Source of the DNA: Octopus vulgaris
Taxonomy: Eukaryota
NCBI GenBank assembly: GCA_951406725.2
Contig: OX597830.1
Location: forward strand, 54,684,001-54,748,000
Direction: 5' to 3'
DNA: 64,000 bases
The position numbers were made by a program, and so were the translations under genes. Positions within the stretch are counted from its first letter, which is position 1. Each line of letters begins with the position of its first letter. This document shows positions 47,176 to 60,212 of this stretch, piece by piece. The notes beneath the pieces were generated by a model. The model did no database searches. It saw only the letters and a program-made list of their open reading frames with translations, and was not told where the DNA came from.

Positions 47176-47763
47176 ATGCATGCCAACACAAACGTGACTG
47201 CATAAGTGCACAAAAGTATGAAGGAATGAATCACAACACATAGAAATATGTTGACCTCTTCCCAAGGACCTGTGACCTGATCTGAACGAGTAATTGAAAA
47301 GGTGAAAGGTCAACAGCTAGTTGCTCATTAGTTTCAACATAGCTAAGCACGCTGCATTAACTTGAATCATCGTCACTGATGAACAATGATTTATTTTTTA
47401 ACCACAGGCCAAGCCTGCTCAAACAGCACACTAATCAAAGACGCTTCATTTATGACTCGTCTTACAGTTCATCTGGGACTACATTTCCCAATACATTTTC
47501 CCTGTTTTATAACAGTAAAGACGTGATTCGATGGAATACGGTTGCTCTTTCTAGCAGAGTAAGTGACCACTTTGAGGTTCCTGCGCTGGAGTGAGTTAGC
47601 AGAACCGGTAAAGCAGGTGAAGAGGGTGGTTTGGGACACCTTAAAAAAAAAAAAACCTTGCTTCCGAACCACATGGTTCCGGGTTCAGTCCCACTGCGTG
47701 GCGTCTTGGGCAAACGTCTTCTACTATAGTCTAAGGCGACTAAAGCCTTGTGATTGGAAGCCT

Positions 47764-47814
<51 letters not shown>

Positions 47815-47847
47815 GTATATATATATATATATAATATATATATATAA

Positions 47848-47889
<42 letters not shown>

Positions 47890-48178
47890 TATATAATATA
47901 AGGCGTGTGATAGGGATGGCAGCATAGCAGCATACAGACAAAGGTCAGTAGTGATGGGGGCGGGGCCAGCGTGTGTTGAGTAGTAGTGTGTGTGTGTGTC
48001 CAGTGTCGTGGTATAAGTGGCGAGTAGATTGATTGTAAGAGTGATGTATATGTTTACAATGTGTGTATATGTGTTGTGTGTAACGAAAAAAGGGGGTTTA
48101 GGAAAAGGACTCCAGCGGAGGGGAAGATGGAAGAGTGGTCCCGCGGAGACGGGCGTGGGAAAACCCAACGACAAATAT

Positions 48179-48233
<55 letters not shown>

Positions 48234-48253
48234 CATATATATGCATATACATA

Positions 48254-48315
<62 letters not shown>

Positions 48316-48318
48316 CAC

Positions 48319-48413
<95 letters not shown>

Positions 48414-48428
48414 AATACATATATATAC

Positions 48429-48501
<73 letters not shown>

Positions 48502-48504
48502 CAC

Positions 48505-48625
<121 letters not shown>

Positions 48626-49055
48626 CAAATGAAAGACTGAAGATGTTACCTTCCCACAAATTTGTACCATACCCCATTCGTAAATCTTTCTCTCTCTCCC
48701 TCTCTGGCGGAATCGTTAGCACGTCGAACAAAATGCTTAGCGGTATTTCGTCCGTCTTTACGTTCTAAGTTCAAATTCCGCCGTGGCTGATTTTGGCTTT
48801 CATCCTTTCAGGGTCGATAAAATAATCCTTTCTACTATGGACACAAGGCCTGGAATTTGGAGGGAGGAGGTCAGTCAAATAAACCGTTGATAGTTAGAGT
48901 TTTTGGCCCCGAACACATGATGCGAACCTGTGACACCTCGAACGGTTGGTTGCACTTTTATCATGTTGAATTGGCTGGGAACGTTTTAAAACAGCAATGT
49001 CTGTAGACTAATATTATCACATCAGTACCACATTAGTAAATATGCACAAACACAT

Positions 49056-49553
49056 ATGTATGCACGCATACATACATACATACTTACATCCATCCATCCA
49101 TCCGTATGTACATTCATACATATATACATTCATACGTACATACAAACAAACATACATACATACATAAATATATACATACATACATACATACATTCATGCA
49201 TACATACATACATTCATACATACATACATACATACATACATACATACATACATACATACATACATACATACATACAAACATATCTACATACATACATACA
49301 AACATACATACATACATACATACATAAATATATACATACATACATATATACATACAAGCATAATACATACATACATACATATATTCATACATACATACAT
49401 TCATACATATACATACATACATACATACATACATACAAACATATATACATACATACATTCATACATATATTCATACATACATACATACATACATACATAC
49501 ATACATACATACATACATTCATACATACATACATTCATACATACATACATACA

Positions 49554-49586
<33 letters not shown>

Positions 49587-51050
49587 TCATACATACATAC
49601 ATAATACATACATACATACATACATACATACATTCATACATACATACATTCATACATACATACATTCATACATACATACATACATACATACATACATACA
49701 TACATACATACATTCATACATACATACATACATACATACATACATACATACATACATACATACATTCATACATACATACATACGTACATACATACATACA
49801 TACATACATACATACATACATACATACATACATACATACATACATACATACATACATACATAATACATTCATACATACATACATTCATACATACATACAT
49901 ACATACATACATACATACATACATACATTCATACATACATACATACATACATACATACATACATACATACATACATACATACATACATACAAATACATAC
50001 ATACATACATACATACATACATACATACATACATACATACATACATACACATACACACATACATACATACATACATACATACATACATACATACATACAT
50101 ACATACATACATAAATACATACATACATACATACATACATACATAACATACATACATACATACATACATACATACATACATACATACATACATACATACA
50201 TACATACATACATACATACATACATACATACAAACATACATACATACATACATACATACATACATACATACACACATACATACATACATACATACATACA
50301 TACATACATACATACATACACACATACATACACATACATACATACATACATACATACATACATACATACATACATACATACATACATACATACATACATA
50401 CATACATACATACATACATACATACATACATACATACATACATACATACATACATACATACATACATACATACATACATACATACACACATACATACATA
50501 CACACATACATACATACATACATACATACATACACACATACATACATACATACATACATACATACATACATACATACATACATACATAAATACATACATA
50601 CATACATACATACATACATACATAAATACATACATACATACATACATACATTCATACACACATTCATTCATACATTCATACATACATACATACATACATA
50701 CATACATACATACAAACATACATACATAAATACATACATACATACATAAATACATACATACATACATACATACATACATACATACATACATACATACATA
50801 CATACATACATACATACGTAAATACATACATACATTCATACACACATTCAATCATACATACATACATACATACATTCATACACACATGCATACATACATA
50901 CATACATACATACATACATACATACATACATACATACATACATACATACATACATACATACATACATACATACATACATACATACATACATACATACATA
51001 CATACATACATACATACACACATACATACATGCATACATACATACATACA

Positions 51051-51084
<34 letters not shown>

Positions 51085-51098
51085 CATACATACATACA

Positions 51099-51130
<32 letters not shown>
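49056..51130. repeat. (CATA)n array of about 2 kb
   Basis: Directly visible, with interspersed variant units. Confidence 0.97.
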
Positions 51131-51131
<1 letters not shown>

Positions 51132-51224
51132 GAACATGGAAAAATAAGCTTTCTCTTTCGTTTTCTTTCTGTCTTCCTTCCTTCCTTCCTTCCTTCCATC
51201 CTTTCTTTCTTTCTTTCTTCCATC

Positions 51225-51262
<38 letters not shown>

Positions 51263-51368
51263 ATACAGATTTATAAAGTCTGGAGTTTCCTAGAGAAACG
51301 ACGGAATACTGCTTAAATCCTTTTATCTGTATTTTTTTAAGCACCAGACAACAACAGCAACAACAACA

Positions 51369-51426
<58 letters not shown>

Positions 51427-51482
51427 TTAAGCAATATTTTATCGTTTCCTTGGAAAACTCCAGACTTTTTATATCTCTTTAT
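51263..51482. mobile_element. Small inverted-repeat element (MITE-like) enclosing (CA)n
   Basis: AAAGTCTGGAGTTTCC...TGCTTAAAT versus ATTTAAGCA...GGAAAACTCCAGACTTT. Confidence 0.6.
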
Positions 51483-51544
51483 AATAAATAAAGATAACTT
51501 TGTGGCTTCAGACTTATTTTTCTATCATTATTATATAGTTCAAG

Positions 51545-52420
51545 GTTGCGGGCTGGCGGAATCGTTAGCACGTCGAACAAAATGCTTAGCGGTATTTCGT
51601 CCGTCTTCAAGTTCTGAGTTCAAATTCCGCAGTGGCTGATTTTGCCTTTCATCCTTTCAGGGTCGATAAAATAATCCTTTCTACTATGGACACAAGGCCT
51701 GGAATTTGGAGGGAGGAGGCCAGTCGATTAGATCGACCCCAGTATACAAATGGTACTTAATTTATTGACCCCGAAAGGATGAAAAGCAAAGTCGACCTCG
51801 GTGGAATTTGAATTCAGCACGTAGCTGCAGACGAAATACCGCTAAGCATTTCGCCCGGCGTGCTAACGATTCTGCCAGCTCGCCGCCATAGGGTCGATAA
51901 AATAATAACCAGTTGAGTACTGGGAGTCGATGTAATCGACTTGACCCTCCCCGAAATTGCTGGCCTTGTGCCAAAATTGGAAACCAAAGGCGGTGAACTG
52001 GCAGAACCGTTAACACGTTGGAGAACAGTGCTTAGTGACATTTCGTCCTTCTTTATGTTCTGAGTACAACTTCTGCCGAGGTCGACTTTGCCTTTCATTC
52101 TTTCGGAGTCGATAAAATAAGTACCAGCTGAACACTGGGGTCGATGTGGAAGACTTAACCCCGCCACCGCCACCACCAAACACACACCCAAGTCAGGCCT
52201 TACGCCTACAGTAGAAAGGATTGTTAATATATTTCACTAAGGCGGCGAGCTGGAAGAATAGCTAACACAACGGTCAAAGTGCTTAGCAGCATTTCGTCCG
52301 ACTTTACGTTCCGAGTTCAAATTCTGTTGAGATTGGCTTTGCCTTTCATCCTTTTGTCGTGGGGGGGTCAATAAAGTAAGTACCAGTCAAGAATTGGGGG
52401 TCGATATAATCGACTATGTA
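51545..52420. mobile_element. Nested cluster of about 5 SINE family B copies in both orientations
   Basis: Repeated GAGTTCAAATTC / GTCGATAAAATAAGTACCAG cores; a minus copy at about 51675-51890 interrupts a plus copy. Confidence 0.85.
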
Positions 52421-52510
52421 GAAATCAAAGGAAATGACTACTATTTCCTTCAAATTTTGCTTTTGTGATCTGGACATCGAAGTTTTGAATCTGACCTAAT
52501 TTTCCATTAC

Positions 52511-52810
52511 ATCATTCATCGTTTAACGTCTGCTTTCCATGCTAGCATGGGTTGGACTAGTTGACTGAGGTCTGGTGAACCAGATGGCTGCACCTGGCTT
52601 CAATCTTGATTTGACAGAGTTTCTACAGCTGGATGCCTTTTCTAAGGCCAACCACTCCGAGAGTGCTTTTTACGTGCCAGCGGCACGAGGGCCAGTCAGG
52701 CGGTACTGGCAACGGCCACGCTCAAATGGCGCTTTTTATGTGCCACTTGCACAGGAGCCAGTCCAGCGGCACTGGCAACGACCTCGCTCGAATGGTTTTT
52801 TAACATTTCG
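52511..52810 (-). mobile_element. SINE-like family D, partial
   Basis: Shares CGTTTAACGTC.GCTTTCCATGCTAGCATGGGTTGGAC...TTCTACAGCTGGATGCC with 54150-54680. Confidence 0.7.
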
Positions 52811-53296
52811 GACAAATTGAGTTGCTGAAGCAGAAATATCGATATAGTAAATATTCTGCTTAATACCGCAGATTTGCTTGTCAGTTGCTCGAATTTAACC
52901 ATTTGAGACTGTTCCTTAATGGCTGACAATATGTGCAACTCTGTTGATGAGCAGGGTATGGGAGAGCATCATAGCCATGTGTTGAGAAAGATTTATACAA
53001 GGTTTGGAAAAATGTAGCAAAAGCAAAGTTTGAAGGAAATATTTGTTATTTTTCAAACTTTCTAGGGATAAGCAAATAGGAAAATAGCAGTTGCTACCCA
53101 AGAACAAAAATTGTGTTTCACGGTGTAATTGACGTTTTCGGATAGTTTTTCATTGTCTTGCAATACCTGTCTAAATCGAAAATTCTTTCGTCCACAAAGT
53201 ATGTATCATTTGCAGAAATTTACAATGCTGGGCGTAAATAACACCTCTGTTCAGATCGATAAATTAATTTCAAAAAAATAAAATGACCTTTCCATA

Positions 53297-53456
53297 GGCG
53301 CAGAAGTGGCTGTGTGGTAAGTAGCTTGTTTACCAACCACATGGTTCTGGGTTCAGTCCCACTGCGTGGCACCTTGGGCAAGTGTCTTCTGCTATAGCTT
53401 CGGGCCAACCAAAGCCTTGTGAATGGATTTGGTAGACGGAAACTGAAAGAAGCCCG

Positions 53457-53544
<88 letters not shown>

Positions 53545-53657
53545 TTGTGTGTCTGTGTTTGTCCCCCCCTCCAACATCGCTTGACAACCGATGCTGGTGT
53601 ATTTACGTCCCCGTAACTTAGCGGTTCGGCAAAAGAGACCGATAGAATAAGTACTAG
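53297..53657 (+). mobile_element. SINE family A, 3'-truncated
   Basis: Head, body and internal microsatellite. Confidence 0.88.
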
Positions 53658-53659
53658 AC

Positions 53660-54125
53660 GTGACACGAACAGCTGCAACGGAGACTGTGAAGTTGTGACC
53701 ATCAGGAAGGGACACCGCAGGTGTTCTAACTGCATCCCCAACATCTTTCAGCAGGGCATTAGGCTCAATTCAGAGAGCTATGTGAAGCTGCTGGAGACTG
53801 TGGTCAATCCCTGGCTGGAGAGAATTGCTGCTGGAAGGGGTCATGTATGTGGCAGCAGGATCGAGCTCCTGTCCATACCTCCAAAAAAAAAGTCAGATTG
53901 TCGGAGAATTTCTACAACTTCACTAGCCCCAATCTCTGGCCTCCTGATTCCCCGATCGTAATCCCATAGATTACTAAGCGTGGTGCTCTGCCTGCAACAC
54001 CAAGGCCAAGCTCAAAGAGGATTTCAAAGATCTTCCCAGGGACACGGTGAGCAACATATGTGCCAAATTCCAGAGCCATCTTGCGGCTGTAGTGGAAAGA
54101 GAGGGCGGCTGCTTTGAGTAAACTG
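53660..54125 (+). mobile_element. maT/DD37D-like transposase remnant
   Basis: PNIFQQGIRLNSESYVKLLETVVNPWLERIAAGR, then WQQD and WPPDSPDRNPIDY in a shifted frame. Confidence 0.7.
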
Positions 54126-54149
54126 TTTATCTCCCGGCTATAATCAAGT

Positions 54150-54680
54150 TCATCATCATCATCGTTTAACGTCCGCTTTCCATGCTAGCATGGGTTGGAC
54201 GATTTGACTGAGTGCTGGCGAACCGGATGGCTGCACCAGGCTCCAATCTAGATCTGGCAGAGTTTCTACAGCTGGATGCCCTCCCTAACGCCAACCACTC
54301 CGAGAGTGTAGTGGGTGCTTTTACGTGCCACCGACACGGGGGCCAGTAAGGTGACGCTGGTAACGATCACGCTCGAATCGTGCCTTTTACGTGCCACCGG
54401 CACGGAAGCCAATTGGCTGCTCTGGCAATGATCACGCTCGGATGGTGCTCTTAATACTCTACTAGCACGGGGCACAAGTGCCAGTAAGGCGACGCTGGTA
54501 ACGATCACACTCGAATGGTGCCTTTTATGTGCCACTGGCATGGAAGCCGGTTAGCCGCTCTGTCGACGATCACACTCGTGTGGTGCTCTTGGCACCCCGC
54601 TAGCACGGATGCCACTCATCGAATTTGATTTCGATTTCACTTGCCTCAACAGGTCTTTGCAAGCAGAGTTTAGTGTCCAT
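54150..54680 (-). mobile_element. SINE-like family D with internal tandem repeats of about 65-70 bp and (GAT)n tail
   Basis: Repeated ACGATCAC(G/A)CTCG..TGGTGC units; (CAT)n at the left end. Confidence 0.7.
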
Positions 54681-54999
54681 GTTAAAAATACTTTTAAAAT
54701 ACTTGATTTTAAAAAATATTTTTATTTTATTTTCCTTTTATGCAAACTGTCAAATTTAGCCCAAACACCCGATACGTTAGGATGCCGGGTAGAATTCTCA
54801 GCGGCATTTCCGCCGCCTTTATGTCTTTACTGATTTCAAATTCCACTGTGGTCGACTTTGCCTTAATTTCTTTCGAGGTCGATAAAGCAAATACCCGTTG
54901 AATATTGGAGCCGATACAATCGATTTCCCTCCCCCTACATTTCTGGCTTTGTGCCAAAATGTGAAACCAATGTTTAGAGCAAATTAAAGGTAACCTGAA

Positions 55000-55690
55000 A
55001 ATGGTAGATCAATTATGTGGTAGACATAATCGACCAATATTGTCACTCCTTGCCAATGATGATCGACCAATATTGTCACTCCTTGCTAATGTTGATCGAC
55101 CAATATTGTCACTCCTTGCTAATGCTGATGTTGATTCTATAAAGGAAGAAATTATCGATATTTTGGATGGAGAAACAGTCATTTGAAAATGCACAGAGGA
55201 TACAGGCAATTTCTACAATTATCCAATGGAGTTTGAAATAGCTGTAACCTTGATAAAAAGTTTCATCCATATTTACGATTGCGAAATTTCAATAAACCGA
55301 ACGGATAAAAAAAAAAGCAACAAAAAAGCTCAATAATCCATTTTACATGAATATATGATTGAAGGTGATTTTGTAATAAGTTGATCATTATATATGCCAC
55401 TGATGCCAAGAATTAATCTAAGACCTAACAACATTGCGTCTCCATTCAACTTCAAACAATTACAACTTGTAGTTCAACTAACATTGGCATTGACAATCGA
55501 TAGATCTCAAGTGTTATTGGTAAAGAACAGGTGCCTTTTTCCAACAGATCTATTTACACATGAACAAATAAATTATGCCTTATCCTGTCATGAACTACAC
55601 GGGAGCACGGCAGGGTTTAGCCATTATATTGAACACAAACAAAAAAAGACACCCAGGTGCTAAACATTTATGTTAGGCCGAAGTTTTCTA
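55000..55690 (+). mobile_element. Helitron PIF1-like helicase remnant
   Basis: RPILSLLANADVDSIKEEII...GE...YPMEF and MPRINLRP...PFNFKQLQLVVQLTLALTIDRSQ...FTHEQINYALS, degenerate PIF1 C-terminal motifs. Confidence 0.7.
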
Positions 55691-55783
55691 GTGCTTAAAA
55701 AATACAAAAAATTTACTTCTGAACCTTTTAATATCAACCGGAAGACTTAAATTTTTTTTTATATATATATATATATATAACAC

Positions 55784-55943
55784 AGGCTTCTTTCAGTTTC
55801 CGTCTACCAAATCCACTCACAAGGCTTTGGTTGGCCCGAGGCTATAGCAGAAGACACTTGCCCAAGGTGCCACGCAGTGGAACTGAACCCGGAACCATGT
55901 GGTTCGTAAGCAAGCTACTTACCACACGGCCACTCCTGCACCT
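55784..55943 (-). mobile_element. SINE family A head and body
   Basis: Matches the other copies. Confidence 0.85.
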
Positions 55944-56007
55944 ATATATATATAGATATGTATGTATGCCTGTATATACATATATATTTATATATATATA
56001 TATATGT

Positions 56008-56058
<51 letters not shown>

Positions 56059-56832
56059 GAAAGAGAGAGAGAGACAGAGACAGAGAGTGAGAGACAGAGA
56101 GACAGAGAGAGAGAGAGACATATACACACACACGTTTTAACCTTTATTTACTCATTATCGTATTACTTTTCATTATCATCATCATCATCATCATCATCAT
56201 TACGACCATCACCAATAACAACAACCAAAGAAACAGCACAGCAGCAGGACAACTGCTGCCAAGCAAGGTGAGAGCAGAGAGTCGGGGTACGCACGAGTGA
56301 GTGTATGTGTACATGTGTGTGTAAACATGAGAATGTATGTGTGTGTCTGTGTCAATCTCTGAAACTTGAGAACTACACAACTAATTTCATTCAAATTTTA
56401 CACATGCCTTACCTACGGTCCATGTAGTGATACAGGCCAAAAAAATTGTTTAACTTCTTGCCTACTGCAAGCCCAGAGTCTTCTCCACTATTTCAGTATT
56501 TACGCGTCTAAAGTGAAGGAATAACATCTCTCTATTGTAATGTCAAATATTTTCACTATAATAGTTTCACTTTAATACCGTAACTATTAAAGTGAAACTA
56601 TTATCTCACGTATATACAGGCATACATACATATATACATACATATATATAATATATATATGTGTGTGTGTGTGTGCGTGTGTACATCTGCACAAATGTAT
56701 ATATTTAGATGTATATATATACATGTTTATATAAAGTTAATCCAAACATGAAAGCACAAAAAACACAACAACGCGAGGACGTGGAACAAATATAGTATTA
56801 TTGGACGCTCAGGAAAGAAGGAAAGAAGGAGG

Positions 56833-56867
56833 GTTTAACGTTTCGAGCGGAGCTCTTCGTCGGAAAT
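56833..56867 (-). ncRNA. Minimal hammerhead-like motif (left arm)
   Basis: Minus strand ATTT-CCGACGA-A-GAGC(TCC)GCTC-GAAA-CG-T-T-AAAC. Confidence 0.6.
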
Positions 56868-57056
56868 ATAGGAGAAGGAAAGATCCAGAGAAGGGAAGAC
56901 AGAGGAAAAAAAAATCGCCAACGGTACACACGCGGTCACATGTATATGTATAGCTGTATATGTATACATGTATATATATATAGATATGACCGCGTGTGTA
57001 TCGTTGGCGATTTTTTTTCCTCTGTCTTCCCTTCTCTGGATCTTTCCTTCTCCTAT

Positions 57057-57091
57057 GTTTCCGACGAAGAGCTCCGCTCGAAACGTTAAAC
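57057..57091 (+). ncRNA. Minimal hammerhead-like motif (right arm)
   Basis: GTTT-CCGACGA-A-GAGC(TCC)GCTC-GAAA-CG-T-T-AAAC; stem I GTTT/AAAC. Confidence 0.65.
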
Positions 57092-57243
57092 CATCCTTAT
57101 TTCCTTCTTTCCTGAGCATCCAATAATACTATATTTGTTCCACGTCCTCTGTTGTTGTTGTTTTTTTTTTTTGCTTTCTTGTTTGGATTAACTATATATA
57201 TATATATAATAATATATTAAATTAGTTTTGATTTATTCCCTAA

Positions 57244-57352
<109 letters not shown>

Positions 57353-57845
57353 AATATTATAATTCTGAAATGCGAAAAGTTTGTTTGTCTGGTTTTGGCA
57401 TTGGAACGGGTTAAAGGGCACTAGATTCCGTCGATTGACTCCAAAAATTACAAGGACATGTAAAATGCGGTGAGGATGTGAGTGGGCTAGGTTAGAAATA
57501 CTTATCTTAAAAGGTGTCGTTGCTGGGGCCAAAAACGCACTTTGATAAGTCTACTCTCATTCTTTTATGTATCTGTCTTCCTCCATCACTCACTCTCTTT
57601 CCTCCCTTCCTTTCACTTTCTATCTATAACGTCGTTTCACAGCGTCTACCTCCCTTCCCTTCACTTTCTCTTTATAACGTCGTTTCACAGCGTCCTATAT
57701 CTCCCCCTCCCCGCCTTCGACAGCGCTTTCACACACACACTCTCTCTCTACGTCTGTCTGCATTCATAGACAGAATTATCATCGCCACCACCACCACACA
57801 ATCATGAGAACAAATATTATGAATCAGATATTTATTGAGTCAATT

Positions 57846-57884
<39 letters not shown>

Positions 57885-58144
57885 GTGTTCTATATATAAA
57901 TATGTATATATAATGTATATATATCTGTATTTATGTATATTAAAATTTAATACTTTTTGATTGTTATATATATTTTTAAAAAATTATAAATATAAGTTAA
58001 TAATTTAAATTTTAAATTTAAATAATTTAAATTTTTTAATTTTATATTTTATATATTTTGTATATTATATTTTTATTTTTATGTTTTGGTTTATGTTTTT
58101 CACTGTTTGATTTGCCTAATAGTGGTTTTATCTCTAATTTAATT

Positions 58145-58192
<48 letters not shown>

Positions 58193-58246
58193 GTATACAT
58201 TTGTATATATAATGCGTACACATACACACGCACATATATATAATGT

Positions 58247-58305
<59 letters not shown>

Positions 58306-58612
58306 GTGTGCATTATGTGGTCGGTTGTGCTAAAAATATGTACACCTATGTTAAAAGTGCTGGCGAGTTGGCATGGCAACTATTTTTTTCCTCAAATGAA
58401 AGGCGTGTCCTCTAGGACAAAATTCCTCATCTTATAAAATGTGGCTCGAGTAGACTCGAATGAAATCGGGATATATTAACCAAAACGTGAAAAGGGGTCT
58501 AAATGAGGCTTATAGATGTACATGTAATATGTACACACACACACACACATATATATATATACATATATACATGCATACATATATACACCCATACACATAC
58601 ACACAGACACGA

Positions 58613-58651
<39 letters not shown>

Positions 58652-58663
58652 ACATATATATAT

Positions 58664-58990
58664 AGGTGCAGGTGTGGCTGTGTGGTAAGAAACTTGCTTC
58701 CAAAACACATAGCCCTGGGTTCAGTCTCAGCAGGTGTCTTCTGCTATAGCCTCTCAGACCAACCAAAGCCTTGTGAGTGGATTTCGTAGACAGAAACTCA
58801 AAGAAATCAATCTTAGATATATGCATGTATATATGTAAGTGTATGTGTGTGTCTTTATCTCTGTGTTTCTCCCTCATCACTGCTTCACAACTGCTGTTTG
58901 TTTATTTACATCCTCATAATTTACTGGTTTGACCAGAAGAAACTGATAGAATAAGTACCAGGCTTATCAAAATAAAAAAAAAGCACTAGG
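58664..58990 (+). mobile_element. SINE family A, diverged
   Basis: GGTGCAGGTGTGGCTGTGTGGTAAG...GATAGAATAAGTACCAGGCTT. Confidence 0.75.
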
Positions 58991-59254
58991 CAGTGTCTCA
59001 TATTTTTGTTTGCCCACTCAGTTGTATCTATCAATCTATGTTTCTGTGTGTGTATAAACATTCGAAAACTACAGCACCGATTCTAATGAAATTTTGAACA
59101 CAAAATCGAAGCCTAGAGAGAAGGGTAATGCAGTGTGTCTCATACAATTTCATGGACCAAAATTACTGAATGGATCCTTATAATATTTGGAATTTACATT
59201 CAATGCATAAGGGCAGGTATAATCAAATATGTTTGGTTCGAATTTGAGATGGCT

Positions 59255-59662
59255 TATATATTATATAAAATCGTTCTGTCTGTCTGTGTGTGTGTCTTCT
59301 AGGATCTTGGGCATCCTCCATCTGATTGCACTCAAATTTGGTATGTAGATACTGACGGTATCAGGGCGTGTATAAATCTTGAAAAAATTACAAAAATCGA
59401 TTCAAGGTGTGAATGCGATCGATAAAGCCGTGGGAACGTGCATTTGTACGCGCAAGTACATCAGCTGTTGCGATCGTTACTACGCGTACGCGAGAAAAAG
59501 TCTATCTATATTTCTTCTTTTGCTGGTGTCTCAAATTTTGGTTAAATCAGTGTTACTCAAAGGGGAGGCCTATGGGACGGTCGGACAAGTTGTTTTGAGA
59601 AAATTTGGTTTAAATGCTTGACAACTCAGCACCGTCCATTGGACGAGGGACGTTTTGCTCGT
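59255..59662 (+). mobile_element. Non-autonomous Helitron-like element
   Basis: 5' TATATAAAA...(TCTG)n...AAATTTGGTATG; subterminal hairpin CGTCC-ATT-GGACG and CTCGT end (CTAG-like). Confidence 0.5.
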
Positions 59663-59775
59663 ATATATATATATATATATAAAAATTATAAAAATGGCAT
59701 ATATATATTATATATATATTTTAATGAAAATGGGTGTATGGAAAATTTGGAAAATTAACAAAATATATATATATT

Positions 59776-59816
59776 AATTCAAACAGGTTTCGTCACAATG
59801 TGACTTTTCAAGAATT
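59776..59816 (-). ncRNA. Hammerhead-like motif, UUGAAAA core variant, stem III degenerate
   Basis: Minus strand AATTC-TTGAAAA-GTCAC(ATT)GTGAC-GAAA-CCTGTTT-GAATT. Confidence 0.5.
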
Positions 59817-59992
59817 GTAAGGTGAAAAGAAAAAAAAATTATGATTGAAGAGGGGGGAAAAAGAAACAATGTTATATATATATGATTTTGATTTTTCCAG
59901 TTTCAGCTCATATATATATGGTTCCAGTTCATTTCTACTACGTGGCACCTTGGGCAAGTGTCTTCAGCTATATATATACATATATATACATA

Positions 59993-60058
<66 letters not shown>

Positions 60059-60116
60059 TATACATATATATATGTATATACATATATATACATATATATA
60101 CATATACATATATATA

Positions 60117-60212
<96 letters not shown>

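Larger units (their letters stand above)
56735..57193. mobile_element. Fold-back element: two inverted arms of about 205 bp, each with a hammerhead-like motif
   Basis: 56735-56938 is the near reverse complement of 56987-57193; TA-rich spacer and flanks. Confidence 0.85.
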
